Position numbers and translations under genes: made by a program. A DNA stretch of 63,048 nt, counting the filler, from Candidatus Aminicenantales bacterium (GTDB taxonomy: Bacteria; Acidobacteriota; Aminicenantia; Aminicenantales; Saccharicenantaceae): NCBI GenBank assembly GCA_049512315.1. It is 3 parts of 3 records of this genome, joined end to end, with 100 filler letters (N's around TTAATTAATTAA, not from the genome) between each part and the next. Parts side by side here need not be neighbours in the genome. Positions count along the whole stretch, not along the records: positions 1 to 13,099 come from JBEKXF010000014.1; 2 more parts are not named here. One strand, 5' to 3'. Shown one piece after another: positions 1-10,135 of this stretch. A model generated the notes under the pieces. The model searched no databases and was not told where the DNA came from. It saw nothing but the letters and a program-made list of their open reading frames with translations. Numbering within the stretch: the first letter of the stretch is position 1; each line of letters begins with the position of its first letter.

Positions 1-14
1 ATCGATAAGCTGGG

Positions 15-866
15 ATGACCATGAAGAGGACGAGAGCCCTCAACGCCGCCAAGACCGAAGCCAGGGAGTTCCAGACCCCGGCGTCGGGGATCTTCTTCAC
101 CGTCAAGAAAGTCCTATACAGCGGGAGATCGCGCTTCCAGACGATCGAGATCATCCGTAACAAGGACTACGGCCGGGTCCTGCTCCTCGACGGCCTCGTC
201 CAGACGACCGAACGGGACGAGTTCTACTACCACGAGATGCTCGTCCACCCGGCGATGGCCTCCCACCCGGGGCCAGAGCACGTCCTGATCATCGGGGGCG
301 GGGACGGCGGCGCCCTCCGCGAGGTCCTCAAGTACGGGGTGAAAAAGGCCTGGATGGTGGAGATTGACGGCCAGGTCATCGAGGCCTGCCGCGAGCATTT
401 TCCGTGGCTGCGGCCCGCCTTCCGGGACAAGAGGGCGGAGCTCGTCGTCGCCGACGGGAACGTTTTCATCGATAGGACGGCCCAAAAATTCGACGTCATC
501 ATCGTCGATTCGTCGGACCCCGTCGGGCCGTCGACGGTCCTCCACGAAGAGGCTTTTTACCGGAAGCTCGAATCCAGGCTCAAGGCCGGCGGCATCATCG
601 CCGCCCAGGCCGGCTCCCTCATGCTCCATCAGGATTCGCACGCGAGGAAGAGCGTTTTCCTGAGGCGGATCTTCCGCCATTCGGAGCTCTATCTCGGCCC
701 GGTCCCCACCTACCCGGTCGGTATGTGGTGCTACAATTTCCTCTCGGACAGGATCGACCCTCGCTCGGTCAGGAAGCTGCGGTTCCCGAAGGGGCTCCGG
801 TACATCAACGAGGACGTGATGCGGGCGTCCTTCGCCCTGCCCAACTTCCTCAAAGAGAAGCTTTAG
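15..866 (+). CDS. speE: Polyamine aminopropyltransferase (spermidine synthase)
   Basis: LLLDGLVQTTERDEFYYHEML, VLIIGGGDGG, VEID and FDVIIVDSSDPVGP motifs. Confidence 0.95.
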   Translation: MTMKRTRALNAAKTEAREFQTPASGIFFTVKKVLYSGRSRFQTIEIIRNKDYGRVLLLDGLVQTTERDEFYYHEMLVHPAMASHPGPEHVLIIGGGDGGALREVLKYGVKKAWMVEIDGQVIEACREHFPWLRPAFRDKRAELVVADGNVFIDRTAQKFDVIIVDSSDPVGPSTVLHEEAFYRKLESRLKAGGIIAAQAGSLMLHQDSHARKSVFLRRIFRHSELYLGPVPTYPVGMWCYNFLSDRIDPRSVRKLRFPKGLRYINEDVMRASFALPNFLKEKL

Positions 867-1825
867 GCGGCGAAGCGCTTGCCGAGCTCGGCGAGCATGT
901 CGTCGGTCATCCGGGCCAGATCGTAATTAGGGCGCCAGCCCCACTCGCGGCGGGCCGCCGAATCGTCGATCGAGGCGGGCCAGGAGTCGGCGATGGCCTG
1001 CCGGAAGTCGGGCTTGTATTCGCAGATAAAAGAGGGGACCCGCGTTTTGATCTCGGCGGCCAGCTCTCCCGCCGTGAAGCTCATGGCGGTGACGTTAAAG
1101 TTGGAGTGGTGCCGGAGCTTGGCGAAGTCGGCTTCCATCAGGTCGATCGTGCACTTCAGGCAGTCGGGCATGTACATCATGGGCAGGCGCGTGTCCTCCC
1201 GAAGAAAGCACGTGTAGCGTCTGTATTTCACGGCCTCGTAGAAGATGGCGACCGCGTAATCGGTCGTCCCGCCGCCGGGCAGGGTCTGGTGGCTGATGAT
1301 CCCCGGATAGCGGCAGCCCCGGACGTCGAGCCCGTATTTCTGGACATAGTAATCACAGAGGAGCTCGCCCGCGACCTTGGTCACTCCATAAATCGTTTTC
1401 GGGTCGAGGACCGTGTCCTGGGGAGTGTTTTCCCGGGGGGTCGCCGGGCCGAAGACGGCGATCGAGCTCGGCGAGAAGACCCGGACGAGGCCCAGCCCGC
1501 GCGCGGCCTCGAGCACGTTATAGAGCCCGTTGATGTTGACGTCCCAGGCCTTCTGGGGGTTTTTTTCCCCGGTGGCGGAGAGGAGAGCGGCCAGGTGGTA
1601 AACGGTGTCGATCCTGCATTTCCGGATGAGCCCCTCGAGGGCCGGCCGGTCGAGGATGTTCAACAGCTCGAACGGCCCGGATTCGACGAGCGGTCCCTCG
1701 GGCCTGACGACGTCCGTGACGAGAACGTTGTCGGCGCCGTATCTCGACCGGAGAGCGTTGGCCAGCTCCGAGCCGATCTGGCCGGCCGCGCCCGTCATCA
1801 GGATCCGTTTCGTCTCTTTCGCCAT
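863..1825 (-). CDS. NAD-dependent epimerase/dehydratase family, L-threonine 3-dehydrogenase-like
   Basis: TGAAGQIG, HLAALLSATGE, YGVTK, PGGGTTDYAV and RQAIADSWP motifs of SDR-type threonine dehydrogenase; ATG at 1825. Confidence 0.85.
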   Translation of the reverse strand: MAKETKRILMTGAAGQIGSELANALRSRYGADNVLVTDVVRPEGPLVESGPFELLNILDRPALEGLIRKCRIDTVYHLAALLSATGEKNPQKAWDVNINGLYNVLEAARGLGLVRVFSPSSIAVFGPATPRENTPQDTVLDPKTIYGVTKVAGELLCDYYVQKYGLDVRGCRYPGIISHQTLPGGGTTDYAVAIFYEAVKYRRYTCFLREDTRLPMMYMPDCLKCTIDLMEADFAKLRHHSNFNVTAMSFTAGELAAEIKTRVPSFICEYKPDFRQAIADSWPASIDDSAARREWGWRPNYDLARMTDDMLAELGKRFAA

Positions 1826-1997
1826 GAAGTATTCTCCGTCCGTTGAATCGTCGGCTAGATGAAGCGATATTAATAGCACAGGCCGCCGGCCGAAAGCAAC
1901 AAACCGCAGCGCCGCTCAATCTGCGTCCAGCGGGTCCGTGGCTTCCGCGATTGTATCACCGGGAAGTGTAAGTGGTTATCCGGGCGGCGGATAGCTC

Positions 1998-2040
1998 GGG
2001 GTCAGGTCTCAAAAAAGTGCAAGAATGAAGATTTGACCCC
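1998..2040. repeat. REP-like inverted repeat GGGGTCAGGTCT...AGATTTGACCCC
   Basis: 12-bp imperfect inverted repeat with a 19-nt spacer in the divergent intergenic region. Confidence 0.5.
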
Positions 2041-2127
2041 ATCTTGTCCCTCTTGCCTTGCGCGGCGTCTTCCGCTAAAGTGATAATCCTCAGTCATGAC
2101 GAAGCCGAAGATCAACCCGGAGGAGAC

Positions 2128-3657
2128 ATGACCATGCCCATCGTCCTCAACGGAGAAGGACTGACCATCGAAAAAGTCGTCCAGGTCGCCCGCGGCGGTG
2201 AACCCATTGCCCTCGCCTCCGAGGCCAAAAAGCGGATCAAGAAATGCCGGGCCCTTCTCGAAGACAAGATCCAAAAGAAAGAGATCATGTACGGGGTCAA
2301 CACCGGCATCGGCGAGCTGGCCAACGTCGTTCTCACCCAGGACCAGGTCGAAAAATACCAGCGTTACCTCGTTTACAGCCACGCCGCCGGCTACGGCAAG
2401 CCCATGCCCGAGGAGGTCGTCCGGGCCGCCATCCTCAGCCGGATCAACTGCCATTGCCACGGCCACTCCGGACTCCGCCTGGCCGTTGTCGAAACCCTCG
2501 TCAACATTCTCAACAAAGGCGTGACGCCCGTCATGTGCGAGAAGGGCTCGGTCGGCGCCTGCGGCGACCTCGCGCCCATGGCCCAGATGGCCCTCGTCCC
2601 CATGGGAGAGGGCGAAGCCTTCTATCGCGGCGAGCGCCTCCCCGGCGCCGACGCCCTCCAGCGGGCCGGCATCAAGCCCGTCGTCCTCCACGCCCGGGAC
2701 GGGCTGGCCATGATCAACGGCTCGAACGTCATCACCGGCATGTCGGCCCTCGTCATCCAGGACGTCCACCGCTGGCTCAAGATGTCCGAGATCGCCGCGG
2801 CCATGACCCTCGAAGTGCTCAACGCCAACATGAAGGCCTACGACGAGCGCCTTCACAAGACCCGCGGCTATCCGGGCGCCATCGAATCGGCCGAGAACGT
2901 CCGCCGGGTCACCGAAGGGAGCGCTCTCCTCGCCCGGCCCGGCAAGAAGGTCCAGGACGCCTACAGCCTCCGGAGCACGCCCCAGGTCGTCGGCGCGGCC
3001 CGCGACGCCCTCAAGTGGGCCCGCTACATGATCGAGATCGAGCTCAACGGGGCCGCCGACAACCCCGTCTTTTTCCCCGATGAACAGCTCGTCCTGACGG
3101 GCGCGAACTTCCAGGGCGTGCCCATGGCCTTCGCCCTCGAGCTCCTGGGCACGGCCGTGACCACGGTCGCCGTCCTTTCCGAGCGGCGCCACAACCGCCT
3201 CATGAATCCTCACCTCAGCGCCGGCCTGCCCGCCTTCCTCACCAAGGGCGCCGGGATGTTCTCGGGCCTCATGCTGACCCAGTACACCGCCGGAGCCCTC
3301 GTCTGCGAGAACCGCGTCCTCTGCCACCCGGCGGCCACGGGGTCTATCCCGGCCGCGGCCGACCAGGAGGACTTCGTCAGCATGGGCATGACGACGGCCC
3401 TCAAGACGCGCCAAATCATCGACAACGCCCAGGCCGTCCTGGCCATCGAGCTCATCGCCGGCGCCCAGGCCGTCGATCTCCGCAAGCCCGTCAAGCCCGG
3501 CAAGGGCGTTCAGGCCGCCTACAGAGTCATCCGGAAGCACGTCAAGTTCCTCGAGGAAGACAGGCCCCTGTTCGACGACATCAACAGGCTCAAGGAGGTC
3601 GTCCAATCCGGCGAGATCCTCGAGGCGGTCGAGGCGGCGGTCGGGACGCTGAGCTAA
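2128..3657 (+). CDS. hutH: Histidine ammonia-lyase (aromatic amino acid lyase family)
   Basis: YGVNTGIG, SHAAG, GSVGACGDLAP (MIO motif), QDAYSLRSTPQV, GANFQG, QEDFVSMG; GGAGG RBS before ATG 2128. Confidence 0.85.
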   Translation: MTMPIVLNGEGLTIEKVVQVARGGEPIALASEAKKRIKKCRALLEDKIQKKEIMYGVNTGIGELANVVLTQDQVEKYQRYLVYSHAAGYGKPMPEEVVRAAILSRINCHCHGHSGLRLAVVETLVNILNKGVTPVMCEKGSVGACGDLAPMAQMALVPMGEGEAFYRGERLPGADALQRAGIKPVVLHARDGLAMINGSNVITGMSALVIQDVHRWLKMSEIAAAMTLEVLNANMKAYDERLHKTRGYPGAIESAENVRRVTEGSALLARPGKKVQDAYSLRSTPQVVGAARDALKWARYMIEIELNGAADNPVFFPDEQLVLTGANFQGVPMAFALELLGTAVTTVAVLSERRHNRLMNPHLSAGLPAFLTKGAGMFSGLMLTQYTAGALVCENRVLCHPAATGSIPAAADQEDFVSMGMTTALKTRQIIDNAQAVLAIELIAGAQAVDLRKPVKPGKGVQAAYRVIRKHVKFLEEDRPLFDDINRLKEVVQSGEILEAVEAAVGTLS

Positions 3658-4374
3658 GTGAGCCTGCGCATCGCCCTCGTGACCGGAGCCAGCCGCGGCA
3701 TGGGCCGGGCCATCGCCCTGCGGTTGGCCGAGGACGTCTCCGGCGTCGCCGTCCACTATTTCAGCCGCCGGGAGGAAGCCCAGGAGCTGGCCGCCGCCAT
3801 CCGCGAAAAAGGCAAGCTCAGCGCCGTCTTCCGGGCCGACCTCACCAAGAAGGCCCAGGCCGCCGGTCTCATCAAGAAGGTCGAGGAGAAGTTCGCCCGG
3901 ATCGACATCCTGGTCAACAACGTCGGGCCCTTCCTCGTCAAGCCCTGGGACCAGCTCGAGGTCTCCGACTGGGAGCGCGTCCTCCGGGGCAACCTCCTCG
4001 GCTCCTACTTCTGCATCAAGGCGGCCCTGGCGGGGATGAGGAAGCACCGCTGGGGGAGGATCGTGAACATCGGCTACAGCCGGGCCGAGCAGCTGATCTC
4101 CTTCCCGACGATCGTGCCCTACGCTGCCGCCAAGACGGGCCTTCTCATCCTGACCCGGACGGCCGCCGTCTCCGAGGCCCCGAACGCGATCACGGTCAAC
4201 ATGGTCTCGCCCGGGCTGATCAAGGGCGGCGTCCTTCCCCAGGCCCGGGACCTCTCCGAGTCCCACCTGGGCACCTTCGCGGATGTGGCCGAGGCCGTGG
4301 CTTTCCTGGCCTCCGACAGGGCCGCCTCCATCACGGGCACCAACCTCATCGTCGCCGGCACCTGGAAGATGTGA
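3658..4374 (+). CDS. Short-chain dehydrogenase/reductase (FabG-like)
   Basis: TGASRGMG, DILVNNVG, YAAAK; starts immediately after the hutH stop. Confidence 0.9.
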   Translation: MSLRIALVTGASRGMGRAIALRLAEDVSGVAVHYFSRREEAQELAAAIREKGKLSAVFRADLTKKAQAAGLIKKVEEKFARIDILVNNVGPFLVKPWDQLEVSDWERVLRGNLLGSYFCIKAALAGMRKHRWGRIVNIGYSRAEQLISFPTIVPYAAAKTGLLILTRTAAVSEAPNAITVNMVSPGLIKGGVLPQARDLSESHLGTFADVAEAVAFLASDRAASITGTNLIVAGTWKM

Positions 4375-4498
4375 ACCGGCCCTGGCGGGGCGCTCCGCCG
4401 GGGACAAAGAGGGGGCGACGTGCCCCCGGGCTCATTGACTTCCCCAGGGGCCCGAGCTAACATTGGGGAAATCGAGAATCGTCCCAAGGAGGGTTCAT

Positions 4499-5356
4499 AT
4501 GACTGTTCTGCTTTGGATCGCCATCGTCCTGATCGTTCTTTTTCTCTCCGGCATCCGGATCATCCGGCCCACGCATCGCGCCCTGGTCGAGCGCCTCGGC
4601 CGGTATAACCGGTTCGCCAAGGCCGGCTTCCAGTGGATCATCCCCGTCGTGGAAACCCTGCACAGCGTCAACATCACGGAACAGATGGTGGACGCGGCGC
4701 CCCAGGAGATCATCACCTACGACAACCTCAACGCCCGGGTCGATGCCCAGGTCTATTTCAAGGTCAAGGACGACGAGGAGAGCGTCAAGGCCTCCCAGTA
4801 CAACGTCAACAACTACCAGTGGCAGATCGTCAACCTGGCCCGGACGACCCTCCGCAACATCATCGGCACCCTGACCCTCAAGTCGGCCAACAGCGAGCGC
4901 GGCAAGATCAACGAGGAGCTGCTCAAGACCCTGTCCACCGAGACGGCCCGCTGGGGGATCGACATTGTCCGGACCGAGCTCAAGGAGATCGACCCGCCCA
5001 AGGACGTCCAGGAGACCATGAACAAGGTCGTCAAGGCCGAGAACGAGAAGGTCGCGGCCGTCGATTTCGCCACGGCCCGCGAGACGGTCGCCGACGGCGA
5101 GCGCCGGGCGGAGATCAAGAAGGCCGACGGCATCCGGCAGGCCAAGATTCTCGAGGCCCAGGGCGAGGCCGAGGCCATCCGCCTGGTCAACGAGGCGGCC
5201 GAGAAGTATTTCGTCGGGAACGCCCAGGTCCTGCGCCGCCTCCAAGCGCTTGAAACGGCCCTCCAGAATAACGCCAAGATCGTCCTTCCGTCCGATAAGG
5301 ACATCGTCAACGTCATCGGGGAGATGGCCGGCGTCCTGCCGCTCAAGAAATCGTAG
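4499..5356 (+). CDS. SPFH/Band 7 (stomatin/QmcA-like) membrane protein
   Basis: N-terminal TM helix, LVERLGRY, QEIITYDN, ELKEIDPP, coiled coil; AGGAGG RBS before ATG 4499. Confidence 0.92.
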   Translation: MTVLLWIAIVLIVLFLSGIRIIRPTHRALVERLGRYNRFAKAGFQWIIPVVETLHSVNITEQMVDAAPQEIITYDNLNARVDAQVYFKVKDDEESVKASQYNVNNYQWQIVNLARTTLRNIIGTLTLKSANSERGKINEELLKTLSTETARWGIDIVRTELKEIDPPKDVQETMNKVVKAENEKVAAVDFATARETVADGERRAEIKKADGIRQAKILEAQGEAEAIRLVNEAAEKYFVGNAQVLRRLQALETALQNNAKIVLPSDKDIVNVIGEMAGVLPLKKS

Positions 5357-5452
5357 GGGGATTGTCCTGCTTACAAAAAAGCGGGACAGATCTACTTCTT
5401 TCCAATTTTCTTAGCAGAAAGCAGACTCAAGCCCTTATTGTAAAGGCCGGGT

Positions 5453-6646
5453 TCAGTCGATCCCGACGAGCTGGACCTTGACCGGACGCGATTTCCCGTC
5501 GCGGTCGACGGTCAGGGTCACCGTATCCCCGATCTTATAGTTGTCGAGCGCGCTGAAGAGGTCGTCATAGGACTTGACCTTCGTCCCGTCGATGGCCTTG
5601 ATGACGTCGCGGACGTAGAGCCGGCCGAAACTGTCCCGGCCGAGGCCGCGCAGCCCGAGCTCGTAAGCCGGGCCGCCCCGCGGCACGTCGAGGATGACGG
5701 CGCCCTCGATGTCGGTCCGGCGGGCGTATTGGTCCTTGAGGAACGTCAGCCCGCCGATCCCCGGCCGGGTGACCTTGCCGAACTGGATGATCTGGGGCAC
5801 GATCTTCTTGATCATGTCCACCGGCACGGCGAAGCCGACCCCGCTCGAGGTCCCCGACGGGCTGATGATCATCGTATTCATCCCGACGAGCTCCCCGGAC
5901 GAATCGAGGAGCGGCCCGCCCGAGTTCCCCGGGTTGATCGAGGCGTCGGTCTGGATCATGTCGCGGATCGTCACCCCGCCGGCGCCGGGCATGTTTCGGC
6001 CGAGAGCGCTGACGATGCCCTTGGTGACCGTATGGTCGAACCCGAACGGGTTGCCGATGGCGATGACCTTCTGCCCGACCTCGAGGTCCTCGGATGTCCC
6101 GATCCGGACCGGAAGAAGGTCCGGCACCCGTTCCTGGAGCTGCAGGACGGCGATGTCCTTCGCCGGCTCGCGGCCGATGAGCTTGGCCTCGACCTGCTTC
6201 TGGTTGGACAGGCTGACCATGAACTTGACCCCGTCCTCGATGACGTGGAAGTTGGTCACGATGTGCCCCTGGTCGTCCCAGACGAAGCCCGAGCCGCTGC
6301 CCCTGGCCACGGGCTGGTCCGAGGTGAAAAAGAAGTCCTGGACGTACTGCATGTTGGTGATGAAGACGACAGAGTTCCGGGTCTTCTTGACGATGTCGAT
6401 CGTGTTCTGCTCGTCCTCGGTGAGGGCCTTCGGCGACGGGCGCCGGATCTGGGACGTTGATATCGCCGTCTGGGCCGAGCCCGGCTGGGGCGGGGATTGC
6501 GGCAGGGCCCCGTTCGTGACGCTCGCCGGTTGCCCACGGGACGGATCCGGCCGGGTCTGCCTGTCCGAATTGTCTGCGCAAGCAGAAAGGGTCAAACCCA
6601 AGACCAATGCCAAAAGCATGGAACCTTTTTTTCTCATGGCGCTCAT
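5453..6646 (-). CDS. HtrA/DegP-like trypsin serine protease with PDZ domain, probable lipoprotein
   Basis: GSGSGF, TNFHV, IQTDASINPGNSGGPL catalytic motifs; LSAC lipobox; C-terminal PDZ. Confidence 0.93.
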   Translation of the reverse strand: MSAMRKKGSMLLALVLGLTLSACADNSDRQTRPDPSRGQPASVTNGALPQSPPQPGSAQTAISTSQIRRPSPKALTEDEQNTIDIVKKTRNSVVFITNMQYVQDFFFTSDQPVARGSGSGFVWDDQGHIVTNFHVIEDGVKFMVSLSNQKQVEAKLIGREPAKDIAVLQLQERVPDLLPVRIGTSEDLEVGQKVIAIGNPFGFDHTVTKGIVSALGRNMPGAGGVTIRDMIQTDASINPGNSGGPLLDSSGELVGMNTMIISPSGTSSGVGFAVPVDMIKKIVPQIIQFGKVTRPGIGGLTFLKDQYARRTDIEGAVILDVPRGGPAYELGLRGLGRDSFGRLYVRDVIKAIDGTKVKSYDDLFSALDNYKIGDTVTLTVDRDGKSRPVKVQLVGID

Positions 6647-6789
6647 CCTTTATTCAATGCATGACGGGCGAAAAACTCCTTTCCTCCCCCCATTATACAG
6701 GACAGCCCGGAAAATGGAATGAATCCGGGACGGTTTGGCGGCGCGATGGGAACGTGGTATAGTTGGACGGAAAGTGATTCGAGGATGCC

Positions 6790-7230
6790 ATGAAGATTGA
6801 ACTGACCAAAGAACAACTGGGGAGCCTGAGCAAGCTCGTCTTTCTCGGCAACTGGCTGGCCAACAGCTGGCGCGACGACGACGTCATCGAGGATTATGAC
6901 GAGGTCGAAAGCCTCGTCCTGGCGGAGGCCGCGAAGCACGGCTTCGAGGATTACGTGGAGTTCGACGAAGAGGAGAAAAAGGCCCTCCCGTCCCATGAGC
7001 TCGAGGAGAAACTGACCGAGACGGTCGATTTCTACAACGACAACACCTTCTGGGACCAGCTCATCTACCGCATGGCCGACCGCGACTACGTCCGGAAATA
7101 CGGCGAAGAGGCCTTCGACGACCTGACCACCGATAAAGGCATGGAGAAGGAGCGGCCGCTCGTCGAAAAATACGAAAAGGAATTCAACGAGCACGGTCTC
7201 GAGCGGCTCGAGCTCCGCAGGGACAACTGA
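6790..7230 (+). CDS. Hypothetical acidic protein
   Basis: 146-aa ORF with GAGG RBS and host-like codon usage. Confidence 0.7.
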   Translation: MKIELTKEQLGSLSKLVFLGNWLANSWRDDDVIEDYDEVESLVLAEAAKHGFEDYVEFDEEEKKALPSHELEEKLTETVDFYNDNTFWDQLIYRMADRDYVRKYGEEAFDDLTTDKGMEKERPLVEKYEKEFNEHGLERLELRRDN

Positions 7231-7426
7231 ACTCAGTCCTGTCCCATTCGGAAAATCGCGAATCAAAAAGATGTCCGGTTTCGACCCGGACCTCTTTAGG
7301 CTAAGGAGCGGCGATTTCCGGGCCTACTACAGGATCCGGGACGAAGAAGTCGTCATCCTGGCGGTTACGCATCGCAAAGACAGCGTAAAGCGCCTCAGAA
7401 GGATCGCCGAGGATCCCGCGTTCTGA
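7229..7426 (+). pseudogene. 5'-truncated RelE/ParE-family toxin remnant
   Basis: Frame reads ELSPVPFGKSRIKKMSGFDPDLFRLRSGDFRAYYRIRDEEVVILAVTHRKD..., matching the RelE C-terminal RLRxGDYR...V.HRK pattern; N-terminal helix missing. Confidence 0.65.
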
Positions 7427-7557
7427 TACGCCCGCGTCTGAACAGCCCCATCCGTCCAATCCGAAGCCCCGCTGAGAGGGGAATCCTATAAGCCCTGAGA
7501 AATCGGGATTCCAAGGGCGTTCTTCTTTTAGGAAAGAAGGCTCGTTGTGAAAAATAG

Positions 7558-7595
7558 TTGACAGAAAGGGGCATTCGTCTTACAATGTATTACAT
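7558..7595 (+). promoter_or_regulatory. Sigma70 promoter with overlapping palindromic operator for the TA operon
   Basis: TTGACA(7558)-17 bp-TACAAT(7581); inverted repeat ATGTA-T-TACAT at 7585-7595. Confidence 0.75.
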
Positions 7596-7815
7596 GAAGA
7601 CAGCGACATTGACGATCCGCCTGGACAAAGAGCTCGAGGAGCTCTTGTCCAAAGCGAGCCGGAGGACTGGGAAGAACCGGAGTGAAATCGCCCGCGAAGC
7701 TCTCCGCAGACAGATCCGCCTCGAGACATTTGAGGAGTTGAGGAAGCGGATTATGCCCTTCGCCGAAGCCCGCGGCTACCTGACGGACGAGGACATTTTC
7801 TCCAAAATCTCATGA
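7594..7815 (+). CDS. CopG/ribbon-helix-helix antitoxin
   Basis: TLTIRLDKELEELL...NRSEIAREALRR RHH pattern; ATGA overlap with the PIN gene. Confidence 0.88.
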   Translation: MKTATLTIRLDKELEELLSKASRRTGKNRSEIAREALRRQIRLETFEELRKRIMPFAEARGYLTDEDIFSKIS

Positions 7816-8219
7816 GGGTTTTCCTCGACACGAACGTCATCGTCAGCGCCGTGGCCACACGAGGGCTTTGCGCGGACGTTTTCCGCGAAGTCCTGGTCCG
7901 TCACCGGCTGGTCATTTCCGAGATACTGATCGACGAAGTCAAGGCCGTTCTCCGAGGCAAGATTGGCATTCCCTCGGAAATCGTCTCGGACGTCATCGCC
8001 ATGCTCCGGGAAGGTTCCATTCTGTCTAGACCGTCCCGGTCAGCCGATCTTCCCGTCCGCAATCCCACGGACAAAGCCCTGGTCTCCTCGGCCCTCAACG
8101 GAAAAGCCGACCTGTTTGTAACGGGAGACCGGGAACTTCTCGATCTTGCCGGAGTTGGCGATCTGGACATTGTCTCCCCCAGGATTTTCTGGGAAAGGTT
8201 GAAAGTGCAACCTCGATAA
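7812..8219 (+). CDS. PIN-domain toxin (VapC-like)
   Basis: MRVFLDTNVIVSA and LFVTGDRELL PIN motifs. Confidence 0.9.
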   Translation: MRVFLDTNVIVSAVATRGLCADVFREVLVRHRLVISEILIDEVKAVLRGKIGIPSEIVSDVIAMLREGSILSRPSRSADLPVRNPTDKALVSSALNGKADLFVTGDRELLDLAGVGDLDIVSPRIFWERLKVQPR

Positions 8220-8287
8220 TTCAGGCCGTCCGATTCAATCCCGATTCCCTGTTTGATCGGGGGAGCCGCGCGCGGCCGCGGGTCCGC

Positions 8288-8851
8288 CTATTTCCAGAAG
8301 ATGATCTCCGGGGGATTCCTCTCCATGGTTGAGAACCCCGCGGCCGGAAAGCCGAGGGCGATCGGCGCGACGACCGCATGGTCCTCCGGGATGCCGAAGC
8401 GCTTCTTTCCCTCGGGGGTCTCGAGATACATTCCCACAAAACCCATCCAGCAGGTGCCCAGGCCGAGGCCGCGCGCCGCGAGCATTAGGTTCTCGGCGGC
8501 CAACGCGCAATCGGTGTCGGCGGTGGGGCCGGAGTTCGGCTTTGAGCATATGAGGACCAGAGTGGGGGCGCCATAAAAGACACTGAACTTGGGATCCTCG
8601 AGCGTCTCCCGGTAACTCGCGAGGGGCGGCATCTTATCCATCATCCCGAGCAGGTGCGACTTGGTCCGGCTGGAGAGGTCGGCGAGGATTGCGGGGTCCT
8701 GGATGACGGCGAACGTCCATGGCTGAAAGTTCATGGCGCACGGTGCCTGCACGGCGGCATCGATCAACTGCTGGACCAGGGCCCGGTCGACAGCCTTCCC
8801 CTGATAAGCACGGATCGATCGGCGGGTATAAATGGCTTCTTTAAGGTCCAT
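8288..8851 (-). CDS. Nitroreductase family protein
   Basis: [33 protein letters not shown]. Confidence 0.93.
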   Translation of the reverse strand: MDLKEAIYTRRSIRAYQGKAVDRALVQQLIDAAVQAPCAMNFQPWTFAVIQDPAILADLSSRTKSHLLGMMDKMPPLASYRETLEDPKFSVFYGAPTLVLICSKPNSGPTADTDCALAAENLMLAARGLGLGTCWMGFVGMYLETPEGKKRFGIPEDHAVVAPIALGFPAAGFSTMERNPPEIIFWK

Positions 8852-9014
8852 GGTTTTCGGCCCTCCTGCGTTAGCGGATTATCCAGCGCCGAATATTATC
8901 TGATAACGGATCAGGGAGTCAAGGTTGGCCACATCCGAACTTGATAAGGAATTTATAAAAAAGTTCGGATTGCAGGCTGAGCCGGCGACCCCGGACGGGT
9001 CTTTCGGCGGGCAT

Positions 9015-9914
9015 TCACCGCCGGGACTTGGGGGGAGGGGTGACCTTCCCTTCGGCGACGATCGTGACCGGGGCGCCGTCGGGGACGAATTCGTAGAGCT
9101 CGCGGATGTCGGGATTGAACAGGGCGACGCACCCGTCCGTCCAATCCTCGAACTCGCTCACCGTGGCCGGGTCCGCGTCGCCGATGCGGAGCTCCGGACG
9201 GAGAGTCTCGGGCCGGGCTCGCTGGGCCCTCGCGAATTCCGCCGTGTCTTCTGGCAGCTGGCCGTGCACGAGGAGATCCCCGCCGAGCCTCGTGTCCTGG
9301 GGCGGGCAGGCCCCCTTCTCGAGGGCCGCGGCGATCGCCTCGTATTCCTTGCCCGTGATCAGGCCCGATTCGAGTCCGCGGCGCGCGTCCTCGAGGTTCG
9401 GGTATGAGATCCAAAGCGCCATGTGGTAGGTCGAGGGCAGCCGGGCACAGATGAAATACGTGCCCTCCGGGGTTTTCCGGTCCCCCTGGCGTATCTTGGG
9501 GCCGTGGGGATTCCAGCCGAGCTGAACCCTGTAGGCCTTGACCATTCTCCGGCGGACCCATAACTCCAGGCGCCGCTGGGATTTGTTGACGATGAGCAGG
9601 GGGTTTTTCAGTTTTCCCGCGTCCAGGGGCAGACGGTATTCCTTGATGAGCTCCGCGAGCGGCCGCTCCGGCCCGAACAATGCCGGGTCATAAAGAGCGA
9701 TGGTGAGATCCCACGGGGCGAGACGCTCCGCCGGTAGAGGCGGGGCGGGAAGAGATCTCTGGACCCCGGGTCCCGCCGCGCAGGCGGAAGCCAGGATCGC
9801 CGCCGCCAGAAGCACCGCAACCTTTAAGGGGCACGACCTTCCTGGCGATAACACTTTTTCCCGCATGAACTTCGGCTGCGCGTTTATTCCGATTTTGATG
9901 GGAGTTCCTAACAT
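9015..9914 (-). CDS. L,D-transpeptidase (YkuD) family lipoprotein
   Basis: IVNKSQRRL, K.RQGD.KTPEG.Y, ISYPN, VHG...WTDGCVAL; ASAC lipobox; start uncertain. Confidence 0.85.
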   Translation of the reverse strand: MLGTPIKIGINAQPKFMREKVLSPGRSCPLKVAVLLAAAILASACAAGPGVQRSLPAPPLPAERLAPWDLTIALYDPALFGPERPLAELIKEYRLPLDAGKLKNPLLIVNKSQRRLELWVRRRMVKAYRVQLGWNPHGPKIRQGDRKTPEGTYFICARLPSTYHMALWISYPNLEDARRGLESGLITGKEYEAIAAALEKGACPPQDTRLGGDLLVHGQLPEDTAEFARAQRARPETLRPELRIGDADPATVSEFEDWTDGCVALFNPDIRELYEFVPDGAPVTIVAEGKVTPPPKSRR

Positions 9915-10135
9915 GCTGATATAATTATAAAATAAGGGGGCCGGAGTATCAAATCCTTGACGGGGGAAGAACCATCGGGTAGGGGGTTGGCAAAAGGGGA
10001 GTGGCTTTTACCCGGCACGCCGGGCCAAGGTATATATTGTCGAAAGACGACTCTGTATCAGAGGCTACTTTTTAAGGAAGATTGAGCCGCCAATCATAGG
10101 CCGTTGAGCAAGGTTCGGATCTCATCCTTGTGAGC

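Noticed and set aside
2002..4407. 801-aa minus-strand ORF and many other long overlapping ORFs (e.g. 725-1846, 5694-6722, 47848-48918)
   Set aside because: Antisense shadows of high-GC3 genes with no recognisable motifs.
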